From the NCBI GenBank assembly GCA_051531975.1, contig JAOPTT010000004.1, positions 192,001 to 256,000 on the forward strand: 64,000 nt of DNA. Direction: 5' to 3'. The notes under the pieces are model-generated. The model saw nothing but the letters and a program-made list of their open reading frames with translations. It had not been told where the DNA came from and did no database searches. Within the stretch, counting starts at the first letter, position 1; each line of letters begins with the position of its first letter. Made by a program: the position numbers and the translations under genes. Below are positions 48,713 to 59,328 of this stretch, piece after piece. Origin of the DNA: Spirochaetaceae bacterium (GTDB lineage: Bacteria > Spirochaetota > Spirochaetia > DSM-2461).

Positions 48713-50686
48713 GTGAATTACAAAGAAATATTTATCCAAATAATGACACCACCCAAAAAGAAGGTAGATAAGAAATGGTATTTTGCCCCACTTATACCTG
48801 CTGTTTTATGGGTTATATTCTCTTTTATATCATTATTTACAATTAATTTTAGTGTTATATCAGATCCATTTGTTTTAATCTCTATTCTTTCTAGGTTTCT
48901 ATTTCCTATATATTCTATTTATTTTATTAAAAAATTCTATTATACCGGAAAATTAAGAAGTTTAGATTATAACCATATGTTAAATTTTATTGGTTACAGT
49001 ATCTCTATTACTTACGTTTCATATATGTTACCAGCTGTGGTTTTAGATTTTTATCAAAGTGGTACCCCATCTCTAGTTTTCACAGTATTAGTTATTTTAT
49101 CTGCTCTGTGTCCCATGGTTCTTTATTTACTACTTAGAAGCGGGGTGGTTAAATTAGCGTCTACTTATTTTACTTCCGAGGATATTTTAAACCAAAAGAA
49201 ATCAAAAAAAGATAAAAAACTAAAAAAGCAGCTTCATAAAAAATTAAGAAAGCAGCGGAGTTTTCTTCAGAATGTTTGGTTTGAAGCATTAGACCCTTTG
49301 ATGTGGGCAATTTTATGGGTACTTATTATTAATAACTCAATTTTCCAGCTATACGAAATTCCATCTTCTTCGATGGTTCCAGAGTTTCTTGTAAAAGATA
49401 GGGTTGTGGCAAGCAAACTATTTAGTGGTCCTGCTATTCCATTAACAAAATATCACCTTCCCGAGCTTTCTAAACCAAAAGTTGGCGATATCGTAACATT
49501 TAATAACCCAAAGGTTGACGATGTAGATTCTGATCTTCATTATAAAAATGTATTTACTAGAATTTTCCAACCTTTTGTTTTTATGTTGTCTTTTTCTAAA
49601 TTGGATATTGATACTGATGATTATGGTAATCCAAAGGCTAGGCAACTTGTAAAAAGAGTAATCGCAGTGCCTGGAGAAAAAATCTCCATGGTTAATGATA
49701 AGGTTTATAAGAAAGTTCAAGGTGGAGAGTGGACTTTAATGAGTGATATCCCTGGTCAAAAAGAGTGGGGACATAATGATCTTTTTGAATTAGATAGTAA
49801 AAATAGTGGAGTTCAGTATATGAACCCTAAACTAAGAGAAGAGCTTGATCTGGCTGCTGAGTTAGTCTTGGAAAGTAACGCTACAAACTTAGAACGTGAA
49901 TTAGAAGTTCAGAAAGATAAATTCCTAGAGCACCTTAGATTAGTAGATACTGTTCCATTTTTAAATACTTTAATGTCATATAATAGAACAAACTCATCTA
50001 GGATAATAGAAATATTAGAAGGTTTAGGGACTAATTATGGTCAGATGATGCAAGTTAATAGAGCAGATGCACCTTTAAAGTATAAGAAAGCTGCTTTTGA
50101 CTCTTTTAATGAAAATTTAGAACGATATGAGTTATGGGTATATTCCCAAAAAATAAATGAACTTGGTGTTTATTTACAAGATGGTCCAGATCTAATGAAT
50201 AATAGATTAAGTACTAATGTATCCATACCCTCCGATGCTTCTCCATATGAATCCTTTGTAATAAAACTTAATGCATTAACAAAATTAAAATCACTTATAC
50301 TATTTAACCAAATTTTGGAAACTGGTGAGCTTAAAAATGGTAGTACAATAAATAAAGAATTAAAAGCTCTATCTATTTATACCAAAGGATTGGAGCTTGG
50401 ATTAGATTCTCCGATGTCTTTCTTTGGGCAGGGTAATTTACCAGAATATCCTGCAGGTACAGACAATTATATTTCGGAAAATGAATATTTTGTATTAGGT
50501 GATAATAGATATAATTCATTAGATAGTAGAATGGGTGATCTTACATACTCTGTTCCTTTAGCACCAGGAGACGTTTTCTCTGAGAATGTTATTGTTAGTT
50601 GGGAGCCTCATACAATTGATAGTAAATATATACATGGTAAGGTGAAACTAATTCTATTCCCATTTACTCACTTCAAGCTTTTTTAA
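48713..50686 (+). CDS. lepB: Signal peptidase I with extra N-terminal TM domain and large insertion
   Basis: IPSSSMVP (catalytic Ser), GDIVTF, LVKRVIAVPGE (catalytic Lys), GDNRYNSLDSR; GTG start with GGGAG RBS. Confidence 0.88.
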   Translation: MNYKEIFIQIMTPPKKKVDKKWYFAPLIPAVLWVIFSFISLFTINFSVISDPFVLISILSRFLFPIYSIYFIKKFYYTGKLRSLDYNHMLNFIGYSISITYVSYMLPAVVLDFYQSGTPSLVFTVLVILSALCPMVLYLLLRSGVVKLASTYFTSEDILNQKKSKKDKKLKKQLHKKLRKQRSFLQNVWFEALDPLMWAILWVLIINNSIFQLYEIPSSSMVPEFLVKDRVVASKLFSGPAIPLTKYHLPELSKPKVGDIVTFNNPKVDDVDSDLHYKNVFTRIFQPFVFMLSFSKLDIDTDDYGNPKARQLVKRVIAVPGEKISMVNDKVYKKVQGGEWTLMSDIPGQKEWGHNDLFELDSKNSGVQYMNPKLREELDLAAELVLESNATNLERELEVQKDKFLEHLRLVDTVPFLNTLMSYNRTNSSRIIEILEGLGTNYGQMMQVNRADAPLKYKKAAFDSFNENLERYELWVYSQKINELGVYLQDGPDLMNNRLSTNVSIPSDASPYESFVIKLNALTKLKSLILFNQILETGELKNGSTINKELKALSIYTKGLELGLDSPMSFFGQGNLPEYPAGTDNYISENEYFVLGDNRYNSLDSRMGDLTYSVPLAPGDVFSENVIVSWEPHTIDSKYIHGKVKLILFPFTHFKLF

Positions 50687-50810
50687 GCCTTTTTTATTAA
50701 ATATTTATTAAATAAAGTACTTTTTTAGTACTTTTTATAAATAGTTAGTTGACGTTGGAAACTTATTGCCTCATTATAGATATATAAGATAAAAATATCA
50801 GGAGGGATAC

Positions 50811-53315
50811 ATGAGTATTCAAGAACAAAATAGCTACGGATATTTCGATGACGCCAAAAGAGAATATGTTATCACAAGACCAGATACACCACTTCCATGG
50901 TTAAACTACCTTGGACAAGACGACTACTTTGGGCTCTGCTCAAATACAGCTGGTGGTTACACTTTCTGGAAAGATGCAAAACTAAGAAGATTAACAAGAT
51001 ATAGATATAACAATGTACCCTACGATTTAGGTGGAAGATACCTATATATTAACGATAATGGATCTGTATGGAATCCAGGTTGGAAACCAGTAAAAGCTGC
51101 AGATGTTAAATATGAATGTAGACATGGTATGGGTTATTCCACTATTACTGGAGAGAAAGATGGTTTAAAAGTAGAAACTACTTACTTTGTTCCAACTAAA
51201 GAGAATTTAGAAATATGGAAAGTAAAAGTAACCAATACATCTAAAGTAAGAAAAACTCCAACTATTTTTTCCTACCAAGAGTTTTGTTTCTTTGATGCAT
51301 TAAACGATATGAATAACCTTCAAAGAACACTTTCTATTGGTGAAGTAGAAGTAGACGGAAACGCTATTTACCACAAAACTGAATATAGAGAGAGAAGAGA
51401 TCATTATACACTGTTTGCTTCTACTAAAGACATTGCAGGTTTTGATACAAGTAGAGATGCTTTTGTTGGTATCCATGAAGGTCTACATGAAGCAAAAGTA
51501 CCATTTGCTGGAAAATGTACAAACTCAGAAGCATTTGGTTGGAATCCAATCGCAACATTACAACATGATTTTGATCTTGCTCCAGGTGAATCTGAAGAGT
51601 ATTCTTACCTTTTATCCTATGTTGAACAAGGTGAAGAGAAGAAATTTGATGCTCCAATGGTTATGAATAAATCTATAGGTAAAGCTATAATAGAGAAGTG
51701 GTCGAAGCCAGGTGCTGTTGATGCTGCTATTAAAAACCTAGCAAATACTTGGGACGATTTGTTAAATACATTCCAAGTTGATACACCTAATGAACATGCA
51801 TCTAGAATGGTTAATGTTTGGAATCAGTATCAGTGTATGGCAACATTTAATATGAGCCGTTCAGCTTCAATGTTTGAAGTAGGAATTGGTCGAGGTATGG
51901 GTTTTAGAGACTCTAATCAGGATTTATTAGGTTTTATACATATGGTACCTTCAAAAGGTCGTAGAAGAATATTAGATATTGCTGCTACCCAGTTATCTGA
52001 TGGTACATGTTTCCATCAGTACCAACCTTTAACTAAAAAAGGGAATGCTGAAGTTGGTGGTGATTTTTACGATGATCATTTATGGTTAGTTCTTTCCACA
52101 GCTGCATATATAAAAGAGACTGGAGACATCTCTATATTAGATGAACCAATTGGATATGCAGATAAAGAGTATCAGGTTGGAGAAGTTGGATTTGATGGTG
52201 AACCTAGATTAATTAATGCTGAAACTTTATTACACCACTTAGAGACTTCAATTGCATATACTATGAAAAAACGTGGACCACATGGTCTTCCTTTAATAGG
52301 ACATGCAGACTGGAATGATTGTCTAAACCTTAACTGTTTCTCTACTGAACCAAATGAGAGTTTTCAGCTTGCTGGTGACGTTGATGGATCAAATGCAGAA
52401 TCTGTACAGATCGCGGGTCTATTTTTATATGCAGCTAGAGAGTTTGCAGATTTATACAAATTCATGAAAAGAGATAACGATGCTGAAAGAATTTTAGCAG
52501 ACTACAATACTATGCTTGATATTGTTGAGACTAAAGCCTGGGATGGAGAGTGGTATACTAGAGCATTTGATGCTGCTGGAAACCCTGTTGGTTCTAAAGA
52601 AAACAAAGAGGGGCAGATCTACATCGAAAGTCAAGGTTGGTGTGTCTTAGGTGGTGCTGGAGCTACTGGTAAATATGCAGGCAGAGCTAAACAAGCTTTA
52701 GAAAGTGTTCACCAGCAGTTGTATACTAAAAATGGTATTGTATTACAACAACCAGCATATACTGAATATGATCTGAACTTAGGTGAAGTTACATCTTATC
52801 CTCCTGGTGTGAAGGAAAATGCTGGTATCTTCTGTCACAACAATACTTGGATTCACCTTGCATGGTGTTTAATGGGTGATGGTGATAGAGCTTTAGAATA
52901 TTATTTATCAATTTGTCCTAGTGCTAAACAGGATCAGATAGAGACTTATAGATCAGAACCTTATGTATATGCTCAGATGTTAGCAGGTAAAGATGCATCT
53001 TGTTTTGGTGAGGCTAAAAACTCATGGTTAACAGGAACAGCTGCCTGGACATTTGTATCTGTTTCCCAGGGTATTTTAGGTATTAAACCTCAGTTTGACG
53101 GTTTAAAAATTGAACCTTGTATTCCAGGATCATGGGAAGGTTACTCTGTAAGAAGAGAGTTCCGAGATGCTGTATATCTAATAAAAGTTGAAAACCCAAA
53201 TAGTGTTTGCACTGGTGTTAAAAAGCTAGTTGTAGATGGCCAAGAGATTGTAGGTGATGTAATCCCAACATTTGGTGATAACAAAGAACACAACGTTGTT
53301 GTAACCCTAGGTTAA
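50811..53315 (+). CDS. GH94 cellobiose phosphorylase
   Basis: YGYFDDAKREYVIT, SRSASMFEVGIGRGMGFRDSNQD, ADWNDCLNLNCFS (CBP-type loop), KENAGIFCH, SWLTG; strong RBS and biased codon use. Confidence 0.88.
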   Translation: MSIQEQNSYGYFDDAKREYVITRPDTPLPWLNYLGQDDYFGLCSNTAGGYTFWKDAKLRRLTRYRYNNVPYDLGGRYLYINDNGSVWNPGWKPVKAADVKYECRHGMGYSTITGEKDGLKVETTYFVPTKENLEIWKVKVTNTSKVRKTPTIFSYQEFCFFDALNDMNNLQRTLSIGEVEVDGNAIYHKTEYRERRDHYTLFASTKDIAGFDTSRDAFVGIHEGLHEAKVPFAGKCTNSEAFGWNPIATLQHDFDLAPGESEEYSYLLSYVEQGEEKKFDAPMVMNKSIGKAIIEKWSKPGAVDAAIKNLANTWDDLLNTFQVDTPNEHASRMVNVWNQYQCMATFNMSRSASMFEVGIGRGMGFRDSNQDLLGFIHMVPSKGRRRILDIAATQLSDGTCFHQYQPLTKKGNAEVGGDFYDDHLWLVLSTAAYIKETGDISILDEPIGYADKEYQVGEVGFDGEPRLINAETLLHHLETSIAYTMKKRGPHGLPLIGHADWNDCLNLNCFSTEPNESFQLAGDVDGSNAESVQIAGLFLYAAREFADLYKFMKRDNDAERILADYNTMLDIVETKAWDGEWYTRAFDAAGNPVGSKENKEGQIYIESQGWCVLGGAGATGKYAGRAKQALESVHQQLYTKNGIVLQQPAYTEYDLNLGEVTSYPPGVKENAGIFCHNNTWIHLAWCLMGDGDRALEYYLSICPSAKQDQIETYRSEPYVYAQMLAGKDASCFGEAKNSWLTGTAAWTFVSVSQGILGIKPQFDGLKIEPCIPGSWEGYSVRREFRDAVYLIKVENPNSVCTGVKKLVVDGQEIVGDVIPTFGDNKEHNVVVTLG

Positions 53316-53328
53316 ACAAAAATCTCCT

Positions 53329-53370
53329 GTATAACCGGAGGAAAATTCTCCGGTTATACTTCCTTTCTTT
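53329..53370 (+). terminator. Intrinsic terminator after GH94
   Basis: GTATAACCGGAG-N7-CTCCGGTTATAC followed by TTCCTTTCTTT. Confidence 0.8.
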
Positions 53371-53426
53371 CTAAAAACTGAACTTTTTGTGCATAGTTAC
53401 CGATACTAAAATATGAGGAGTTAACA

Positions 53427-53621
53427 ATGTTAAAGCTTAATAGTTCAAAAACAGTTCATGTCAAAAAGTTTAAAGTAGCTCTTGAAGTCTTAAAAGAAGA
53501 GTTGTCAGTTTTAGGGTTTGCCAGAAAGTATAAAATCAATCCTAAAGAAGCTAGAGAATTTAAAAAATGGTGTCACGAAACATACTATTATAAGTCATAT
53601 AAAACTCCATCTCATAGCTAG
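53427..53621 (+). pseudogene. IS3-family transposase OrfA (HTH) remnant
   Basis: KFKVALEVLKEELSV..ARKYKINP....FKK resembles the HTH_Tnp_1 N-terminus; GAGGAG RBS; no integrase ORF follows. Confidence 0.55.
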
Positions 53622-53856
53622 TTTGGTAAATATATTCAACTAATAAACTAAGAGTCCATAATCTTAAGTGTTAACCTTATGGATTCTCTCTATTTTTCGC
53701 GTGTAATATTCGTCACAAATCTAATCTTCATGTATAAAATTTAGTAATATTCTCTAAAAAACGATTTACCAAAATTAAATTCGTTATATGTTGATTATAC
53801 CTCTTTTTTTAGTCTATACTTCATAGAAATAATCCAGTATAAGGTGAATTAGATAT

Positions 53857-54858
53857 ATGAGTAATGCAATAGAAGAGACAGTTAATGTTCATAGAAAAGG
53901 TACCTGGTTAACTGTCCGAGAAGATGTAAAGATAGTGGATTGTACAATTAGAGACGGTGGGTTAGTAAACGATTATCATTTTTCAGATGAGTTTGTTAAA
54001 GCTGTCTACGATACTTGTGTTGTATGTGGGGTAGATTATTTCGAAATAGGAAAGATTGTTTCTAAAACCGTAATGAGTCCAGATGAATATGGACCATGGA
54101 ATTTCTGTGAAGAAGAGGATATTAGACGTATTGTTGGGAATAATGATACTGATATGAAAATAGCAGTAATGGCTGATATTGGCAGAACCTTTAAAGAGGA
54201 GATCATTCCAAAATCAGAAAGTGTTGTAGATATGATTCGAGTTGCTTGTTATATACATCAGATTCCAGCAGCTTTAGATATTGTAGAAGATGCACATGCA
54301 AAAGGATACGAGACAACTGTAAATTTAATGGCTATATCAAAGATCTCAGACTCTAATTTAGATGAAGCTTTAACTTTAATTAGCAAATCTAATGTCGATA
54401 TAATATATCTTGTTGATAGTTATGGAACATTTTATTCTGAGCAGATTAGAGAGTTAACAGTTAAGTATACAGAGCTTGCTAAAGCTTGTAATAAAAGTAT
54501 TGGTATTCATGCCCATAATAACCAGCAATTAGCATATGCAAATACTATAGAGTCTATGATTGGTGGTACTAGTTATTTAGATGCAACTATTGCAGGTTTA
54601 GGCCGTGGTGCAGGTAATTGCCCTATGGAACTTCTATTTGGGTTTCTAAGAAATCCAAAGTTTAGAATATTGCCACTACTAGATTTTATACAAGAATATA
54701 TAATTCCATTAAAAAAAGAGATTAACTGGGGTTATGATATTCCCTTTATGATAACTGGACAACTAAATGAACACCCAAGGTCTGCAATTGGTTTTAACAA
54801 ACACAGAAGAACAGACTATAAAAAATTATATAACGAATTAACTGACGCCGAGGAGTAA
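53857..54858 (+). CDS. DRE-TIM (HMGL-like) aldolase-domain protein
   Basis: DCTIRDGG, LVDSYG, GIHAHNN, GLGRGAGNC. Confidence 0.85.
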   Translation: MSNAIEETVNVHRKGTWLTVREDVKIVDCTIRDGGLVNDYHFSDEFVKAVYDTCVVCGVDYFEIGKIVSKTVMSPDEYGPWNFCEEEDIRRIVGNNDTDMKIAVMADIGRTFKEEIIPKSESVVDMIRVACYIHQIPAALDIVEDAHAKGYETTVNLMAISKISDSNLDEALTLISKSNVDIIYLVDSYGTFYSEQIRELTVKYTELAKACNKSIGIHAHNNQQLAYANTIESMIGGTSYLDATIAGLGRGAGNCPMELLFGFLRNPKFRILPLLDFIQEYIIPLKKEINWGYDIPFMITGQLNEHPRSAIGFNKHRRTDYKKLYNELTDAEE

Positions 54859-55350
54859 TTATTTTACTTTTGGTATTTTCGGAGTTGGTGATTTCGGTAT
54901 AATTACCCATTTTGGCAGCTCCGATCTGTCTTTTAATTGAACCCATGTCTGTGCTCGGCCAAATGGACCTATTTTACCTTTAACAATAAGTTGACCGTTT
55001 TTTATCCACATATCACATGAATATATTTTACCTGGAACTGGATCAAGAATTTTTCCTTTACTCCATTTTTTCTTTTTCTCTATGAGACCCCAAATAAAAT
55101 CTAGACCAACATATGTAGGTTCCCCTATTATACTATCTGCTGATTTTTTGTTATCGGATAATTTTCCATCATCTTCGTATGTTACTAATAATCTACCGTA
55201 TATTTTTCCTTTATACTCATAGATTAAAGTTATTGATTGTAGAAGGCCTGTCTCATCTGAGATAATTTTCCAGATTCCTGTTATCTTTTCTGCAGAAAAA
55301 AGTGTTATGGAAAAAGATAGTACTAATAGTATTAATATTATTTTCTTCAT
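54859..55350 (-). CDS. DUF2147-like exported protein
   Basis: Signal peptide; ITGIWK, GKILDP..GKIY, GRAQTW. Confidence 0.75.
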   Translation of the reverse strand: MKKIILILLVLSFSITLFSAEKITGIWKIISDETGLLQSITLIYEYKGKIYGRLLVTYEDDGKLSDNKKSADSIIGEPTYVGLDFIWGLIEKKKKWSKGKILDPVPGKIYSCDMWIKNGQLIVKGKIGPFGRAQTWVQLKDRSELPKWVIIPKSPTPKIPKVK

Positions 55351-55390
55351 GTAAAAATTATGATTTTTGTTTAAACCTAAGTCAATTCTT

Positions 55391-57394
55391 TTAGTTTTTA
55401 ATTTCTAACTTACCATCAATATGAAATGTATCGTAAACTTCATCTAAAGCTTTTGCTAAGTATATAAATGTTGCATTACTTTTGACATCCATTCTTGGTA
55501 GCTTTCTCATGGTTTTACTTTTGTTTGTGGAGAATAAAAATAGATCTTTTCTATCTATCTCTTTTAGGCAAAATCCTTTCCAATGTTCTGTATCAACTAT
55601 TGATATCGTTGGCTTTGGAGTAGGGTTACCTGTTTGTATAAAATTTAAGAAGTAAGTTTTTTCCTTACTGTTCTTTTGATTAAAACTAAGGTTTTCCATT
55701 TTTCTTCTTGTTTTATTATTAGGTTCTTGGGTCCTCATTACAGCACTTACAACTTTTGATTCTCTAGTTACTGTTAGATCTTTTCCAAGGATCGGATTTA
55801 ATATAAAGTCATTATTTGTTGTATGAAACTGATTGTCACACTCTAATAAATAGTCCTCTGAGTGTATTTGCCAACTTATTGTTTTGGCTTTATCAGAAAG
55901 GATTTCATCAAATATTACTAGATCTTCTGTCCCTCGGTAAAAGAAGTGACGTTTAAAATGTTTAACCCCAAGTTTTTTATTATATACTTTTGCTAGGTTA
56001 ACTACATAGTAGACTATGTTATCTCTTTGCTCAAATATTTCAATTGATGCGTGGATCTCTTTTTTAATATGATGAAAAATATCATCTTTACCTTCATCGA
56101 TATATCCCATTCCATCAAAAAGAACCATATTGTGATCCGATGCCTTAACTTCTCTGTTATATCCATCGTCAATTATATAGTTATTGTAACCTTTCCATAA
56201 AATAAAAGAGCCATCATCAGGGTGCTGGTGCCTTAAACATCTTCTACTAAAGTCCTCTTTTTCCTGTAGTTTCCATGACTCTTCCCACTGTTTTTTCCCA
56301 CCAGGGTGCCCCGCTTTTACAGAAAAGGCAAATGCATCTGGGTACCAACTGGACCGACAACTTAACAGTCCTAGATCGGGAAAAAACCGTGATTTAGGTA
56401 AACTAGTAGGGGATTTCTTTTTTATAGCCGGGTTATACCATAACAGTTCCAAAAATGCTTCAGGTAGTATTCCAGGTTTTACTCTACTTTCGTATTCCTC
56501 ACGGTGTAAAAAGTTTTTAATTACATTTTCTCCCATCCATTGAGAGACCTCTATGTTATATTCTGATGCTAATTTAAAATATGCTGCAGCTGAATGACCA
56601 CTTCTTTTGTCATGACAGTCTCCAAAGTTATAGTTCTGTTCAAAAACCGGTGCACACTGATATAATCTATAATAAAATGTATTTTTTAAGAATTTAGATT
56701 TTCTAAAAAAATCAGTTCCATCTTCAGTCTTTATTAGATGTGCATACTGAATTAACCATATAATTCCATAACGCCAATATGCTACTCCCTCATAATCACT
56801 TCCATCGTCTGGTAGTAGTTTAAAAACCATATTAAAATTTTCTTTAATCTCTTTCAGCCATCTATCACATCTTTCAAAATAATCGTCTTTTAATGCATAT
56901 GCAGCAGTAGCAATACATGTATAATTTATCCAGTTATGATTCTGCCAGTATTGCACTGGCCAGCTATCCTTAGAGTGTTGTACTTTATAATCCCAGAGTT
57001 TAATGCACTCCATTAAGAGTTTAGTCTTAAATTGTTCAATCTCTTCATCGTTTAAATGTTCTGCTATCCAACTGTAACTAAGGCCTAACCCATATATTAA
57101 CCAACTGGCACTATGCCCAAGCCATTCTTTGTAGCTTAAGATAGTAAATATCCACCTTTTGGCCTCATCAATCCATCTCTTCTCTCCATTAATAAGTGCC
57201 AACATCGAGAGGTTTGCTGCAGCCATTCCCATGTAAGCGATATTTTTTTCAGGGTGTTTAGAGGGCAAGTTTTGAATTTCGTAAAGATTACATTGCTCAA
57301 TTAATCTTTTATATAAGTTGCTATTTTTCTGAGTTTTTAATTTAAGTGAATTTAGATCTTCAATGAATAGGTAGCTATTTTTTCCCACTTTCAT
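55391..57394 (-). CDS. Heparinase II/III-domain polysaccharide lyase (oligo-alginate-lyase-like, DUF4962-type N-terminus)
   Basis: WQNHNW, YEGVAYWRY, FGDCHD, HQHPDDGSF, DHN. Start moved to ATG 57394 from the promoter position. Confidence 0.75.
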   Translation of the reverse strand: MKVGKNSYLFIEDLNSLKLKTQKNSNLYKRLIEQCNLYEIQNLPSKHPEKNIAYMGMAAANLSMLALINGEKRWIDEAKRWIFTILSYKEWLGHSASWLIYGLGLSYSWIAEHLNDEEIEQFKTKLLMECIKLWDYKVQHSKDSWPVQYWQNHNWINYTCIATAAYALKDDYFERCDRWLKEIKENFNMVFKLLPDDGSDYEGVAYWRYGIIWLIQYAHLIKTEDGTDFFRKSKFLKNTFYYRLYQCAPVFEQNYNFGDCHDKRSGHSAAAYFKLASEYNIEVSQWMGENVIKNFLHREEYESRVKPGILPEAFLELLWYNPAIKKKSPTSLPKSRFFPDLGLLSCRSSWYPDAFAFSVKAGHPGGKKQWEESWKLQEKEDFSRRCLRHQHPDDGSFILWKGYNNYIIDDGYNREVKASDHNMVLFDGMGYIDEGKDDIFHHIKKEIHASIEIFEQRDNIVYYVVNLAKVYNKKLGVKHFKRHFFYRGTEDLVIFDEILSDKAKTISWQIHSEDYLLECDNQFHTTNNDFILNPILGKDLTVTRESKVVSAVMRTQEPNNKTRRKMENLSFNQKNSKEKTYFLNFIQTGNPTPKPTISIVDTEHWKGFCLKEIDRKDLFLFSTNKSKTMRKLPRMDVKSNATFIYLAKALDEVYDTFHIDGKLEIKN

Positions 57395-57432
57395 ACTGGC
57401 AGTATATCCTAGTTTTTGAATATAGTAAAAGA

Positions 57433-57466
57433 TCCGGAAGTTTAAATTAGAGAATAAACTTCCGGA
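57433..57466. terminator. 12-bp inverted repeat; probable terminator of iclR-eda-kdgK, or an operator
   Basis: TCCGGAAGTTTA-N10-TAAACTTCCGGA followed by TCTTTT on the minus strand. Confidence 0.5.
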
Positions 57467-57628
57467 AAACATTGTGTGGAGTCTCATATTTTTTAGGAAA
57501 ACAAATGAGAAAAATATTTAATCAGATTAGTAACACTAACCCTAATAAATAACATAGTGTATCTTAGAAAGTAACCCTAGAAACTCTAGGGCACTATAAG
57601 ATATGTTTTGTTAATATTGTTATAATAA

Positions 57629-58660
57629 CTACCGTTGAACTCTACCAGAACCGTCTCCACCAAGTAAGTTAAGCACTTCTGCTTCTGTTACTAGGGCTAC
57701 ATCTCCAGGTATTGAATGTTTAAGGCACGAAGTTGCAACAGCAAAATTAAGCGCCTTTTCATCATCAGTTGTAAAAGTAGTTAAACCATAAATCAGACCT
57801 GCAGCAAAAGAGTCGCCTCCTCCTACACGGTCAATAATATTTTTAATCTCATACTTAGTAGAGACAAAAAAGTCAGTTCTGTTATTGATAATAGCAGACC
57901 ATGAGTTGTGGTCAGCTGAGTGACTCTCTCTCATAGTAATTGCAATTTTTTTCATGTTAGGGAATTGGCTTAATACTAAGTCAGAAATAGCTTTGTATCG
58001 CTCAACACCTAATTCAGCTTTAGTTACGTCTGCTTCAGACTCTATGCCTAAACACATTTGGCAGTCTTCTTCGTTTGCAATAGCGACGTCTACATATTTT
58101 GTTAATTCATTCATGATTTCAGGAGCAGTTTTTCCATATTTCCATAATTTCTTTCTAAAGTTTAGGTCACAAGAAACTGTAATTCCTCTTTTTTTAGCTT
58201 CTTGCACTGCAGCTAAGGATAGCTCTGCACCGTTAGCAGATATTGCTGGTGTGATTCCCGTAATATGGAAAAATGTTGCATCTTTAAATACTACATCCCA
58301 ATCAAAATCAGATACTTTAGCATTACATATTGCAGAATCTGCTCTATCGTATACAACTGCAGATGGTCTCTGGTTTGCACCTGTTTCTAAGTAGTAAGTT
58401 CCAACTCTATCCCCTTGTCTAATAATCCTAGAAGTATCTACACCTCTAGATCGTAAAGCTGCAATTGCACCTTCACCAATTGGGTTCCTAGGTAATGCTG
58501 TTACAAAAGCTGTATCTTTACCAAGTAAAGATAGGGCAGAGGCTACATTAGACTCTCCACCACCAAAAGTTGCTTCTAATATAGGACTTTGAAAAAATCT
58601 TTCGTTTGCAGGTGATTTAAATCTAAGCATGATCTCACCCATTGTTACTATTGTACCCAT
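57629..58660 (-). CDS. kdgK: 2-keto-3-deoxygluconate kinase (PfkB family)
   Basis: [39 protein letters not shown]; adjacent to eda. Confidence 0.9.
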   Translation of the reverse strand: MGTIVTMGEIMLRFKSPANERFFQSPILEATFGGGESNVASALSLLGKDTAFVTALPRNPIGEGAIAALRSRGVDTSRIIRQGDRVGTYYLETGANQRPSAVVYDRADSAICNAKVSDFDWDVVFKDATFFHITGITPAISANGAELSLAAVQEAKKRGITVSCDLNFRKKLWKYGKTAPEIMNELTKYVDVAIANEEDCQMCLGIESEADVTKAELGVERYKAISDLVLSQFPNMKKIAITMRESHSADHNSWSAIINNRTDFFVSTKYEIKNIIDRVGGGDSFAAGLIYGLTTFTTDDEKALNFAVATSCLKHSIPGDVALVTEAEVLNLLGGDGSGRVQR

Positions 58661-59316
58661 TATCTATTTCTCCATTCTGTTACTAGATCTACTGCATCTT
58701 TACAAAGTTGCTCAATTTTATCAAATTGTCCGTTGTTAATTAGGTCAGATTTAACCATCCATGAACCACCACAAGCACAAATATATGGTGACTCTAGGTA
58801 TGAAAGAACATTTTTAAGATTAACACCACCAGTAGCCATAAATTTAACTTTATCACCATAAGGAGCAGTCATTGATTTAACCATATTAATCCCTCCTGAA
58901 GCTTCAGCTGGAAAGAATTTTAGAACGCTAAGTCCTTTTTCTAAAGCTGCCTCAATTCCTGATGGGTTATTCACACCAGGGTAGATAGGAATGTTATTGT
59001 CGATACAATAATCAACAACTGTTGGGTTAAAACCTGGGCTTACAACAAATTTTGATCCAGCATCTACAGCTTGTTTCGCTTGATCAATAGTTAAAACTGT
59101 ACCGGCACCGGTTAATATCCCAGGGTACTTTTTACTAATTACAGAAATTGCTTCTCTTGCCGCAGCTGTTCTAAATGTTATTTCCGCAGCAGGAAGACCT
59201 GCATTAACCAATGCTTCCGCTAATGGTTCTGCATCTTTAACGTTGTCTATTGCTATTACTGGTATAATTGCAATTCTTTCAATCTCTTTGGCTATGTCGT
59301 AATAATTTTTGTCCAA
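58660..59316 (-). CDS. eda: KDPG/KHG aldolase
   Basis: AEITFRT, GAGTVL, VSPG, KFFPAE, TGGV, CGGSWM; TTG start. Confidence 0.94.
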   Translation of the reverse strand: MDKNYYDIAKEIERIAIIPVIAIDNVKDAEPLAEALVNAGLPAAEITFRTAAAREAISVISKKYPGILTGAGTVLTIDQAKQAVDAGSKFVVSPGFNPTVVDYCIDNNIPIYPGVNNPSGIEAALEKGLSVLKFFPAEASGGINMVKSMTAPYGDKVKFMATGGVNLKNVLSYLESPYICACGGSWMVKSDLINNGQFDKIEQLCKDAVDLVTEWRNR

Positions 59317-59328
59317 ATGAATACTTCC

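Noticed and set aside
50700..50740. AGTACTTTTT tandem repeat upstream of GH94 as an operator
   Set aside because: Short, AT-rich and not seen at other promoters, so it cannot be distinguished from chance.
50811..53315. Chitobiose or cellodextrin phosphorylase
   Set aside because: The catalytic loop WNDCLNLNCFS...ESFQ and the protein length fit cellobiose phosphorylase better.
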